In this document: positions 36,813 to 46,784 of the stretch, piece after piece
Layout of the letters: each line of letters starts with the position of its first letter
How positions within the stretch are numbered: position 1 is the stretch's first letter
Assembly (NCBI GenBank): GCA_965218555.1
Contig: OZ244625.1
Span: 247,492 to 311,491 of the forward strand
Length of the DNA: 64,000 bases
Reading direction: 5' to 3'
Origin: Bryobacterales bacterium
GTDB taxonomy: Bacteria; Acidobacteriota; Terriglobia; Bryobacterales; UBA6623
Notes under the pieces: model-generated
Databases searched by the model: none
The model's input: the letters and a program-made list of their open reading frames with translations, nothing else
What the model was told of the DNA's origin: nothing
Made by a program: the position numbers and the translations under genes

Positions 36813-37424
36813 GTGCCAGACTTCGCCTGCACCATATTCGCCACCGACGTCGTCATCCTCTTGATGGTGTTGGCGGGGACGCTCTGGTCTCTCGCGTTCC
36901 CTGACAGACGGATCTGGCCACCGCCGCATCGGCATTCCTGGCAACAGGTTCTGACTTGGACCTGCTTCTGTGCCGTCTGTGGACTCAACACGGCTCTGCT
37001 GTTCCTGGACTGGAATTCGTGGATATTCAAGAGCGATCTCCGGTTCATCATCGGTATTCCCGTGGCGCTGCTCGGAGGGCTCCTGGGAGCCTGGGGAATG
37101 GTCACTCTTGGTGGGATGAACACTTCCGGGCTGAAAGGCGGATTCGTTTCCTCCGGACCCTACCGGTTCACTCGCAACCCGCAATATCTGGGCGACATCA
37201 TCCTCTTCGTCGGGTTGAGCATCATCGCAAACTCGTTGCTCCTTTGGATCACCCATGCGCTGGGCATCCTCGTTTTCGCCATTGCTCCGCTAACCGAGGA
37301 ACGCTGGTTGGAAGACCAGTACGGACGGGCGTACCGCGAGTATCGACGAGACATTCCGCGATTCTGGTCCCCTTGGCGCGGGCGCATGACCGACGGCGCC
37401 GACCACCGGGACGAAAAGACATGA
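36813..37424 (+). CDS. isoprenylcysteine carboxyl methyltransferase (ICMT/PEMT)-family membrane protein
   Basis: About five TM helices. SGPYRFTRNPQYLGDIILFVG...PLTEERWLEDQYGRAYREYRRDIPRF is the family C-terminal signature. Confidence 0.8.
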   Translation: MPDFACTIFATDVVILLMVLAGTLWSLAFPDRRIWPPPHRHSWQQVLTWTCFCAVCGLNTALLFLDWNSWIFKSDLRFIIGIPVALLGGLLGAWGMVTLGGMNTSGLKGGFVSSGPYRFTRNPQYLGDIILFVGLSIIANSLLLWITHALGILVFAIAPLTEERWLEDQYGRAYREYRRDIPRFWSPWRGRMTDGADHRDEKT

Positions 37425-37473
37425 ACCGCAACGATGACCGGTCGTCAATCGGTGACACTTTCGGCGGCTTGAG

Positions 37474-37522
37474 ACCGGGCCGCTGAAGAAAGTCCCCTCT
37501 GCCCCGTCCGTCCGCCGCGCGG
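37474..37522 (+). repeat. 49-bp direct repeat, right copy
   Basis: See 34252-34300. Offset 3222 bp. Lies about 105 nt downstream of the ggt stop. Confidence 0.85.
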
Positions 37523-37627
37523 TCAGGCCGACGCAACAGGCAGTGCATCACGTCACCCAACGGGACCAGATTGCCGCTGTTGGGAAATAGCTGATTCTTG
37601 TCGACTTGCTGATGTGCCCCGTCACCC

Positions 37628-39316
37628 TTACCAGGCCGCGACGAGGCCGTCTTTGCGGGGGTCGGCGCCGCCGATGAGGACGTCCTGCTCCCAATCGACC
37701 TCGATCGCCTGATATCCCCCGAAGACGCCCGGAGTGCGCACAACGTTGTGGCCGAGGCGATCGAGTTCGGTGACGGCGGTGGTATCGATGCCCGATTCGA
37801 CGGCGACACCGGCGAGCGGGTTGTGCTTGATGCGCGCCGCCTCACCCGCTTCCTGCACGTTCATCCCGAACTCGATGCGGTTCAGCATGATCTGCACATG
37901 GCCCTGAGGCTGCATGTCGCCGCCCATGACGCCGAACGACATCCACGGTTTGCCGTCCTTACAGGCCATGGCGGGAATGATGGTGTGATACGGGCGTTTG
38001 CGCGGCTCGATGCGGTTCGGATGATCGCGTTCGAGAGAGAACAGCGCGCCTCGGTTCTGCAGCACGATGCCCGTACCGGGAACGGTGACGCCGGAGCCGA
38101 ACCCGTGGAACAGGCTGTTGATGAACGAGACCATATTGCGCTCGCGGTCGACGACGGTGAGGTAGACGGTGTCGCCCGACGACACGAGCTTCTGATCGGC
38201 GGCGGAGATACCGCTTTCGACCCCGACCGCCGTCTTCTCGCGGCTGATGCGCTTCCGCTGCTCGGCGGCATAGTCCTTGGAGATGATCGCCGCCACCGGC
38301 AACTCGGCGCGCTCCGGGTCGGCCAGCCAGGCATCCAGGTCGGCGAAGGCGATCTTTTTCGCCTCGAGCAGCAGGTGCAGGTAAGCGGCCGAGTTATGTC
38401 CGAGCGAGCGCAGGTCGAAGCCCTCCAGGATGTTCAGCATCTCGAGCGCCGCCATGCCCTGCCCGTTGGGAGGCAGCTCGTAGAGTTCGTACTGCTTGTA
38501 GCTCGTGGAGATGGGCTCGACCCAGTCGGAATGCTGACAGGCCAAGTCGTCCATCGAGACGGGCCAGTCTTCCCGGTTGAGGTGCTCGACGATGCGGCGG
38601 GCGATCTCGCCCTGGTAGAACGCGTCGCGACCGCCTTCGGAAATCTGCCGGTAGGTCCAAGCGAGACCGGAGTTGTGGAAAACCTCTCCGTGCCGCGGCG
38701 CCCTTCCACCGGGCAGGTAGGCCTCGCGGAAGTCCTTCCGCTCGGAAATGGGCTGCGCCCGGTCGGCCCAGTTGGCGGCGATGATCTCCGAGACCGGGAA
38801 CCCTCTCTCGGCGTATTCGATGGGCGCCTCCAGGACCTCGGCCAACGACATCGCGCCGTACCTGTCGAGCAGAGTCGCCCAGCCGTCGACCGCTCCGGGG
38901 ACGCTCACCGAAAACGGGCCATGGATGGGGATCTGTTCGAGGCCGCGGCGCTCGAAGAAATCGAGGTCCACCTTTTCCGGCGAGAAGCCGCTGCCGTTCA
39001 GTCCGACAAGGCGGTCTTCCTTGGCCAGGTAGGCCAGGACGAACATATCGCCGCCGGGGCCGGTCATCATGGGCTCGACAACCGCCAGCGCCGCCGCGGT
39101 CGCGACGGCGGCGTCGAACGCATTGCCGCCTCGTTGCAGGACACGGAGCCCGGTCTGAGCGGCCAGCGGTTGGCTCGCGGCCACCATTCCGTTCCGCGCA
39201 AGCACGGCGGAGCGGCCGGCGCCGGCCTGGCCGGCGGGACGGTCGGCTCCTGAAACGACGGCCACCAAGGCCGGCGCTGAGGCAAGGCTCTGTAGAAAGA
39301 TGTCTGTCTCCGGCAT
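37628..39316 (-). CDS. ggt: gamma-glutamyltransferase
   Basis: 562 aa. NGMVAASQPLAAQTGLRVLQRGGNAFDAAVA..., autoprocessing-site-like SGDTVYLTVVD, GTGIVLQNRG, PYHTIIPAM and MSFGVMGGDMQPQ. Confidence 0.9.
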   Translation of the reverse strand: MPETDIFLQSLASAPALVAVVSGADRPAGQAGAGRSAVLARNGMVAASQPLAAQTGLRVLQRGGNAFDAAVATAAALAVVEPMMTGPGGDMFVLAYLAKEDRLVGLNGSGFSPEKVDLDFFERRGLEQIPIHGPFSVSVPGAVDGWATLLDRYGAMSLAEVLEAPIEYAERGFPVSEIIAANWADRAQPISERKDFREAYLPGGRAPRHGEVFHNSGLAWTYRQISEGGRDAFYQGEIARRIVEHLNREDWPVSMDDLACQHSDWVEPISTSYKQYELYELPPNGQGMAALEMLNILEGFDLRSLGHNSAAYLHLLLEAKKIAFADLDAWLADPERAELPVAAIISKDYAAEQRKRISREKTAVGVESGISAADQKLVSSGDTVYLTVVDRERNMVSFINSLFHGFGSGVTVPGTGIVLQNRGALFSLERDHPNRIEPRKRPYHTIIPAMACKDGKPWMSFGVMGGDMQPQGHVQIMLNRIEFGMNVQEAGEAARIKHNPLAGVAVESGIDTTAVTELDRLGHNVVRTPGVFGGYQAIEVDWEQDVLIGGADPRKDGLVAAW

Positions 39317-39323
39317 GCGCCTT

Positions 39324-39709
39324 AGCAGTCCGTGGCAAAAGTCACGCAGGCGGCGTTACGCGCCCCGGGGCCGATTGCGTAACTCGTGGCCGCTCCAGGA
39401 ACACAGCGCCGCGCTCTCCGCGCAGCCGAGCGGAAGCGGCGCGTAACCCTTCGGGCGACGGACGTTTTTTTGTTCCGACGGCGGTGATGCCGGCAAGATG
39501 CGCGCTCTCCCAGGGTGCTGACCTTGCTGCCCACCGTGACCGCGTTTTTTCTTCGCAGCGACCGCCTAGGCCGTCGGCTTTGTCGTTCGCTTTTTCCTTC
39601 GCAAGGAGGAGATCACGCGGGTCGCCATCCTCCTCACCCCGCGCCGAGCGACTGCAGAAGCCCGCCGCGCTTTTTTCTTCGTACCACGGGACTTTTGCCA
39701 CGGACTGCT
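39324..39709. mobile_element. 386-bp non-coding element with perfect 20-bp terminal inverted repeats (MITE-like, family 3)
   Basis: AGCAGTCCGTGGCAAAAGTC at 39324-39343 and its exact reverse complement at 39690-39709. It has no credible ORF and fills most of the ggt / MBL divergent intergenic region. Confidence 0.6.
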
Positions 39710-39792
39710 TGATTCTATCCGGTTGCTGATGGTGCATGCGCCGTTGGATACAGGGCCGTGGGGCTATACTGGGGCCGAAAGGCTATCGAATC

Positions 39793-40803
39793 ATGATTCG
39801 CATCTTCGTTCTTCTGCTCGCCTCCCTGCTCCCGGCCGCGGCGGCCGATACCCTCGATATCTACTGGATCGACGTCGAGGGCGGCGCGGCGACATTGATC
39901 GTAACGCCCGGCGGCGACACGGTTTTAATGGATGCCGGCTGGCCCGGTTTCGAGAACCGCGACGCCAGGCGGATTCAGCACGTGCTGACCCAGGAAGCCG
40001 AAAAGGACAAGATCAACTACTTCATCACGTCGCACTTCCATCGCGACCACTCCGGCGGGCTCAACCAACTGGCGGCGATCGTCGAGGTTGAAACGTTCGT
40101 CGACCACGGCGACAGCGTCGAGCAAGACCGGCCGCGCGGGAAAGCGCTCTGGGACGCGTACCTGGAGGTCGCGCAAGGCAAGCGTCTGACGATCGAGCCG
40201 GGCGACACGCTGCCGCTGACCGGCGCGTCATTAACCTTCGTCGCCGCCCGCAGCAAAGGGCTCGCCGAACCGCTCGGCTCCGGCGCCAGGAACCCTCACT
40301 GCGAGGGTGCTCAACTCAAGGAAGAAGACACGACCGAGAACGGCAAGAGCGTCGGGTTCGTAGTCAAGATGGGCGACTTCGAGTTCCTGGACCTCGGTGA
40401 CCTCACATGGAACTTCGAGCACGAGCTGGCGTGCCCGGTGAACCTGATCGGCGAGGTGGATCTCTATCAGACAACGCACCACGGGCTGCTGTCATCGGGC
40501 GCGCCACAGTTGATGAAGGCGGTCCGGCCGACCGTGGCGGTGATGAACAACGGTCCGCGCAAGGGCGGCAGCCCGGACGTCTGGAAGAGCCTGCAGCAGG
40601 TCGATGGCTTCGTGGATCTCTGGCAGGGCCACCGCAATGTCGAAGCGACGGATGCGGAGAGCGTCGATCGCAAGGTGATCGCGAACTTCGGCGAAACCGA
40701 GGATTGCCAAGGCCACTGGATTGCAGCCAAGGTCAGTGAAGACGGCCGTTTCACGGTCGTCAACAGCCGCAACGGATTCTCAAAGACATACCCATCGAAG
40801 TAG
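39793..40803 (+). CDS. MBL-fold metallo-hydrolase, secreted
   Basis: ATG 39793 gives signal peptide MIRIFVLLLASLLPAAAA. DIYWIDVEGGAATLIVTPGGDTVLMDAGW and TSHFHRDHSGG (HxHxDH). Confidence 0.85.
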   Translation: MIRIFVLLLASLLPAAAADTLDIYWIDVEGGAATLIVTPGGDTVLMDAGWPGFENRDARRIQHVLTQEAEKDKINYFITSHFHRDHSGGLNQLAAIVEVETFVDHGDSVEQDRPRGKALWDAYLEVAQGKRLTIEPGDTLPLTGASLTFVAARSKGLAEPLGSGARNPHCEGAQLKEEDTTENGKSVGFVVKMGDFEFLDLGDLTWNFEHELACPVNLIGEVDLYQTTHHGLLSSGAPQLMKAVRPTVAVMNNGPRKGGSPDVWKSLQQVDGFVDLWQGHRNVEATDAESVDRKVIANFGETEDCQGHWIAAKVSEDGRFTVVNSRNGFSKTYPSK

Positions 40804-40871
40804 AGAGATAGGCCGGCAACAAGGCCTGCACGCTGACTACGGCGACACTGAAGCAGGCCGTTACGGGCCCG

Positions 40872-41894
40872 TCACACCGTTCCCGCCATCGCGGCGACCT
40901 CGCTGATCCGGACGGGGCGGTGCTCGGCGGCGGAGAGGTAGCACGCTTCGACCACGGCAACCGTCTTGCGCAGATAATCGGTCGCTTCGGAGGCAAACTC
41001 CCGGCCGCTTGTCAGGCAATCCACGAAATGCTGTTGGGTGGCCCGGCAACTGTCGCCGCGGTAGCCCGGCAGCCCCTCGGCGGAGAATGTTCGTTCCTCT
41101 CCCAGCAGGACATCGCCGCTGTGGCGCAGGCGAATCTTGTTCTCGAGGCCCTCGATGCGGACGGTCTCCATCGCCGGTCCCGGCTCATCAGGCTCGGAAA
41201 TGCGATTGCCGTCGATCAGGCCGCACAAGCCGCCGCGGTGCCGCAGCATCAGCATGACGAAGTCCTCGGCCCGGACGACGGGGTTGAGCTTTGCGGTTTG
41301 GCAAAAGACTTCGTCGATGCCGCCGAACAGAAAGCGCATCGTATCGATGTGATGGACGATCGCCTCGATGACGAAGAACCGCGCCATGTCCTTGAAATAG
41401 GGCTGCTTCGCGAAGGGCTTGTCGCCGACGCCGTCGCGCTGTCGCGTCGCGACGTGATAATAAAACGGCCGGCCGATACGGTTTTCGTCCAACAGCGACT
41501 TGATGTGCCGGTACCAGGCCTGCCAGCGCCAGTTTTCGTTGAGCATGAGACGGATGCCGTTTCGCCGCGCCGTCTTTGCGATGCGGACCGCTTCCTCCCA
41601 GGTGTCGGCCATCGGTTTCTGGCAGAGGGTCGCAATGCCCCGCTTGGCGGCTTTCCGGACCAGCGGCAGATGGCCGGCGGGACGTGTGGCGATATCGAGG
41701 AAATCAGGCTTCTCGGCGTCAAGCATCTCATCGTCATCGCTGTAGCCCTTCAGGTCGAAGTCCGCGCTGAATGATTGCAGCCGCTCGACATCGATATCGC
41801 AAGCGGCAACGATCTCCGCTCCTTTGACCCGCTTCCAACTCTTCATCTGAATCCGGCTGAAGTAACCGCAGCCGACCGTTACGCCCCTGAGCAT
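40872..41894 (-). CDS. Gfo/Idh/MocA-family oxidoreductase
   Basis: ATG 41894 is preceded by AAGGAGAGGAACC. Rossmann N-terminus MLRGVTVGCGYFSRIQ...AEIVAACD, and the CQKPMA family motif. Confidence 0.85.
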   Translation of the reverse strand: MLRGVTVGCGYFSRIQMKSWKRVKGAEIVAACDIDVERLQSFSADFDLKGYSDDDEMLDAEKPDFLDIATRPAGHLPLVRKAAKRGIATLCQKPMADTWEEAVRIAKTARRNGIRLMLNENWRWQAWYRHIKSLLDENRIGRPFYYHVATRQRDGVGDKPFAKQPYFKDMARFFVIEAIVHHIDTMRFLFGGIDEVFCQTAKLNPVVRAEDFVMLMLRHRGGLCGLIDGNRISEPDEPGPAMETVRIEGLENKIRLRHSGDVLLGEERTFSAEGLPGYRGDSCRATQQHFVDCLTSGREFASEATDYLRKTVAVVEACYLSAAEHRPVRISEVAAMAGTV

Positions 41895-42044
41895 GGTTCC
41901 TCTCCTTGGTCCCGTCTGGATTTTCTCCTCTGCCGGATCGCGGCTGGCGGCGAGAATCCGCTCATCTCGAATTTCCCATCGATTCTTTCCTTTCGCCAAG
42001 CCGATATTCTATTGTTTCGGAGCGGAAGCCGACAGCGGACGGAC

Positions 42045-45000
42045 ATGCCCGGTCGATTATTCACTCAATATTTCCTCACCGACGGCACAAAGACGACCGT
42101 CGAGTGGAATGCTTCCCTCGCCCAACCCGAGGCCTTCGCCCGGTTCAAAGACGACCTCCGCCGCCGGTACGAGACCGTGAAGGGGTTCCAAGACCCGAAT
42201 GAAGCGGTGACCGAGCAAAAGCTGATCCTACCCATTCTGAAACTCCTGGGATGGATCGACTCCCTGCCCCAGCAAGGCGCCTCTCGAAACGAGGACATCC
42301 CCGACCATCTTCTGTTCGAGGACGCCGAGTCGGCGAGGCGGGCTGCTGCAAAGAAAATGCCCGGGGATCGCTACCGGGATGCTTTGGCGGTGGAAGAGAG
42401 CAAGCGGTTCGGCTTCGCTCTGGATGCCCGCGATCAGGACGGCAAGACGCCGGCCCGCACACCCCACGGCCAGATCCTCAGATACCTCTCGACGGCCGAG
42501 ATCGAGTCTGACAACCGCATCCGATGGGGAATACTGACGAATGGCAAGGTTTGGCGCCTTTACGACCACCATGCCCGGCCTCGCGCCAGCGGCTACTTTG
42601 AAGCAGACCTGACGGAGCTGCTCAAGCCGGGCCAGGAAGATCGTCTTCGTCTCTTCCACCTGCTGTTTCGCCGCGATTCCTTCACCCTCAGACAAGGCGC
42701 AACCACCACGTTCCTGGAACACGCTTTGGCGGAGGGGAGACGCTATGAGAGACAGGTCGCCCAGGATCTGTCGGGCGTCGTCTTCGAGAGCGTCTTCCCC
42801 AAACTCGTGGAGGCTCTGGCGAATGCCACAGGGGAAAACCTGCCCCGGGTGCGCCAATCCGCCCTGATCTTCCTCTATCGACTGCTCTTCGTGCTTTACG
42901 CCGAGGACCGGGACCTGCTGCCGGTCAATGACCGGCGTTACGACGACTACGGCTTGCGCAAACGCGTGCGGGACGACATTGCCCGCAGGATGGCGGACCG
43001 CGACGTCTACTCGTCCATGGCCGCCAACTACTATGACCGCCTTGTCAATCTTTTCAAAATCATCGACAAGGGCGATCCGTCCATCGGCCTGCCGCCCTAC
43101 AACGGCGGCCTGTTCGCGCCGGAAGCCGCGCCCCTGCTGGAACAGGCGCGCCTGCCCGACGCCGTCATCGCTCCCCTCATCTACGACCTCAGCCACACGC
43201 AGGAAAAGGACGGAGGCGGGAGGCGCTTCGTCAACTACCGCGACATGTCGGTGCAGCAACTCGGCTCGATTTACGAGCGTCTCCTGGAGCAGGAGCCGGT
43301 CCGCGACGATGAGGGTAAGATCTCCATCAGGCCCAATCCCTATGCCCGCAAGGACAGCGGCAGCTTCTTCACGCCCCAGGAGCTGGTGGATCTGATCGTC
43401 GACCGAACCTTGAAGCCGCTGGCGGAAGAACGTCTCAAAGCGTTCGAAGACAAAGCCGCCGAGCTCAAGAGCGACCGCCGGCCCCGGGCTCAGCGGGAAG
43501 TCGAACTGCTCAAGCTGGACCCGGCCGAGGCGGTCCTGAATCTGAAGGTCCTGGACCCGGCCATGGGAAGCGGACATTTCTGGTCACCGCAGTGGACTTC
43601 CTTTCCGACTATGTCGCTGAGTTGATCGAGTACGTCCCCGTGGTCCCGGAGTGGCTTGACGGCGGCTATGTTTCACCCCTGGTGAAACGTGTGGCGGCGG
43701 TTCGCAGCGAGATCCTCCGACGGGCCGAAGAATCGAACTGGGTCCTCGACGAGGCCCAACTCAGCGACCAGGCCATTATTCGCCGCATGGTGCTCAAGCG
43801 GTGCATCTACGGAGTGGACAAGAATCCCCTGACCGTCGAGCTGGCCAAGGTGTCGCTGTGGCTGCACAGCTTCACCGTGGGCGCGCCATTGTCCTTTCTG
43901 GACCACCACCTGCGCTCCGGTGATTCGCTGATCGGCCTTCGCGTCGGGGAGGCCATTCGGGAACTCCAGCGGCTCGGCGGCATCTTTACCGGCAGCGCCA
44001 TTGCGGGGGCGGAGGCGGCTACGGACGGCATGCTGCTCATCGAGGAGATGTCCGACGCCGACGTGGCCGAGGTGCGGGCGTCGGTTGCCTTGTTTCAAGG
44101 CGTCGAGGAGACGACGGCGGAACTCCGCGGGCTGCTCGATTTTCTTTGCGGCCTGGGTTGGCTGACCGCCGGCATGAAGCAGAAAGCGCGCGCCGCTTTC
44201 GAGACTCCTCTCTTCGCGACACTCGGTCGGCACCTCGACCATGCCTACCCGCTGTTGGCCAGGGGTCCGGGCAGCGTCGCCGCCATGCCTGCTGACGAGA
44301 ACTCTACCTGGACGGCGTTCCAAGGGCTGTGGTCAGACGCCCGGTCCATCGCCGACCGGGAGGGCTTCCTGCATTGGGAGGCCGCCTTTCCGGGAGTGTG
44401 GCGCTCTTGGAATGACATCCGTCCGGAAGGCGGTTTCGACGCTGTGATCGGCAATCCCCCCTGGGACCGGATCAAGCTTCAGGAGGTCGAGTGGTTCGCC
44501 ACTCGCAAGCGAGAACTGGCTCTGGCGCCGACGGCGGCCGCACGGCGCGCCGCCATCAGGCTTCTTCGCGAACAGGGGGACCCTCTTGCAGCCGAGTTCG
44601 ATGCCGCCAAGGAGCAGTCCGAGAGCCTGAGCCGGATGGTGCGGTCCTGTGGCGACTACCCGCTGCTGGGCGGCGGCGACATCAACCTGTACTCGCTGTT
44701 CGTGGAGCGGGCCATGAGCCTGATCAAGCCGGACGGCTTTGTCGGCCTGCTGACGCCGTCGGGCATTTGCGCCGACAAGACCGCGGCCCGTTTTTTCAAG
44801 TCCGTTTCCACTACCGGACGAGTAGGCGGCGTGTTCGATTTTGAAAACCGCCGCCTTGGGACCAATCTGCCACCCTTCTTCCCGGACATCGACTCACGAT
44901 TCAAGTTCTGCGCCCTCGTGTTCGGCGGAGAGAAACGGCAATTCGACCAGACCGAGTGCGCTTTCTTCCTGCACGACACGAAAACGATCCGCGACAAGGA

Positions 45001-46096
45001 CCGTTGCTTTCCGTTGACGCCCGCCGACTTCGCCCGCGTGAACCCGAACACCGGCACCGCACCCGTTTTCCGCACCCGCCGGGCCGCCGAGATCACCCGC
45101 CGTATCTATGAAAGGCACCCGGTGCTGGTGGATCGCTCAGCGGATGAGGAACGCCGCGTCTACCCGGTGAAGTACGTTCGCATGTTCGACATGACCAACG
45201 ACTCCGGCCTGTTCCGCACGCGCGAGGAGCTGGAGGAAAAGGAAGGCGCGTATCCCATCGGCGGTAACCGCTTCTCCAGTCCGTCCGGAGAGTGGGTGCC
45301 GCTTTACGAAGGCAAGATGGTGCAGGCCTTCGATCATCGCGCCGCCAGCATCGTCGTCAACCCCGAGAACCAGCACCGCCCCGCGCAGCCCAAACCGGCC
45401 ACTCTTGAGCAGCACAAGGATCCGAACTGGCTGTCCGATCCACAATTCTGGGTTTTGGCGAAGGAAACAGGGTTTTCCGTCATGCCCTTCATCCTTGGCT
45501 TCAAACACGTGACCGCGCCTACCAACGTCCGCTCAATGATCGCAGCGTTGATCCCCGGCGTTGGCGCAGGAAACTCCCTCCCATTGTTGATGGGATCGAA
45601 CGGACTGACAGCCAGTGCTGTTGCGGCTCTAGTTGCCAACCTCAATTCTGTACCGCTCGATTATGTCGTGCGGCAGAAAGTTCAAGGACAAAACCTCAAC
45701 TGGTTCATTATCGAGCAACTCCCTGTCGTCCCGCCCGACCGCTACGAGGCCGTCCGCTTCGGCCCTAAGACGGCCGGTCAGATTGTCCGAGACGCAGTCC
45801 TTAAGTTGACCTACACGGCCCACGACATGACGCCCTTCGCCCGCGCCCTCGGCTACCACGGACCGCCGTTCACCTGGGACGATGAGCAACGCCGCCACCT
45901 GCGCGCCCGGCTCGACGCTCTGTACTTCCACCTCTACGGTCTCTCCCGTGAGGACGTAAGCTACGTGCTGGACACATTCCCGATCGTTCGCCGGGAAGAC
46001 GAAGCCGAGTTCGGCCGCTACCGCACCCGCGACCTCATTCTGGCCTACATGAACGCCCTCGCCGCCGGGGATGCGACGACGGTCGTGGCAATGTAG
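42045..46096 (+). pseudogene. type IIG restriction-modification enzyme (N-terminal PD-ExK nuclease + gamma-class N6-adenine methylase + C-terminal specificity region), split by a frameshift at about 43580
   Basis: Nuclease block IPDHLLF...ALAVEESK...WGILTNGKVWRLY. Methylase motif I VLDPAMGSGHF|LVTAVDF is broken between the two ORFs (a C appears to be missing from CATTTC-CTGGTC). Motif IV VIGNPPWDRIK. The C-terminal family blocks are PLYEGKMVQAFDHR and YGLSREDVSYVLDTFPIV. Confidence 0.8.
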
Positions 46097-46194
46097 CCCC
46101 TCCGGGGACCACCTCAAGAAGCGTGAGCCTCCTCGTCGGCCTCCTCTTCGTCTTCGGAACCTCATATCCAAACTGACCACGAACCACCAGCCCC

Positions 46195-46387
46195 TAACCT
46201 GCATTTCTCACCACCCGACGGTCGAAACACGCGATACGACCGCCATGACTTCGCTTTTCCTTCGCAGCGCTTGCTTGCCGTGCTCGATGTACTCTCAAGT
46301 ACACCTGCGCGCGCCAAGCGGCTCGCGTCTCGTCCTGACGGCCCTCTCACGCACTTCGCCTCGCCACGTGGTGAGAAATGCAGGCTA
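46195..46387 (+). mobile_element. family-1 MITE-like element, copy C (TA-flanked, ~14-bp internal insertion)
   Basis: TA|ACCTGCATTTCTCACCAC...GTGGTGAGAAATGCAGGC|TA. It has extra GCTTTTCCTTCGCA relative to the other copies. Confidence 0.75.
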
Positions 46388-46784
46388 ACCACTGTCTTGA
46401 CCACCGCTCGTCCAAGCTACACATCACGAGACTCGGATCAAGAGCCACTGACTACGGACACGGTGGGAGAGGGAGCGCGGAGGAGTCATGCGTTCACTTT
46501 GAGTTGATGCTCATAGGCGAAATCCCGGACGTTGGCGCTTTCCCCCGCATGTTCCATCGTCATGGAGGCGAGGTTTCCCTTGCTCATCCAGATCCGGGTA
46601 AATGTTCTCAGACGCGTCGCGGGTCTCGGCGGCCCGCTCCGAGGTGAACTCAATCAGTGCGGTGGCGGTATTTTCAAACTAGTGGGTCTGCATTCCCTTT
46701 TCGTTACTCTCGGTGCGTTCCCCGCAGCCGTGGCTTAGCAAGACGGACGGAGCACCCTCTTTCCGGGACGTGTTGCGCAGTTTT

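Noticed and set aside
41775-42044. Upstream 90-codon extension of the type IIG gene, and the 36-codon extension of the oxidoreductase (to 41999)
   Set aside because: The two extensions overlap each other on opposite strands. Internal ATGs at 42045 and 41894 (the latter with a strong RBS) give family-typical N-termini.
46490-46680. Minus-strand fragments ...ENTATALIEFTSERAAETRDASENIYPDLDE and MSKGNLASMTMEHAGESANVRDFAYEHQLKVNA downstream of the PIN gene, possibly a frameshifted small gene
   Set aside because: The first fragment has no start codon (a TAG lies immediately upstream), I recognised no family motif, and the two pieces are in different frames. It is noted only as possible debris.
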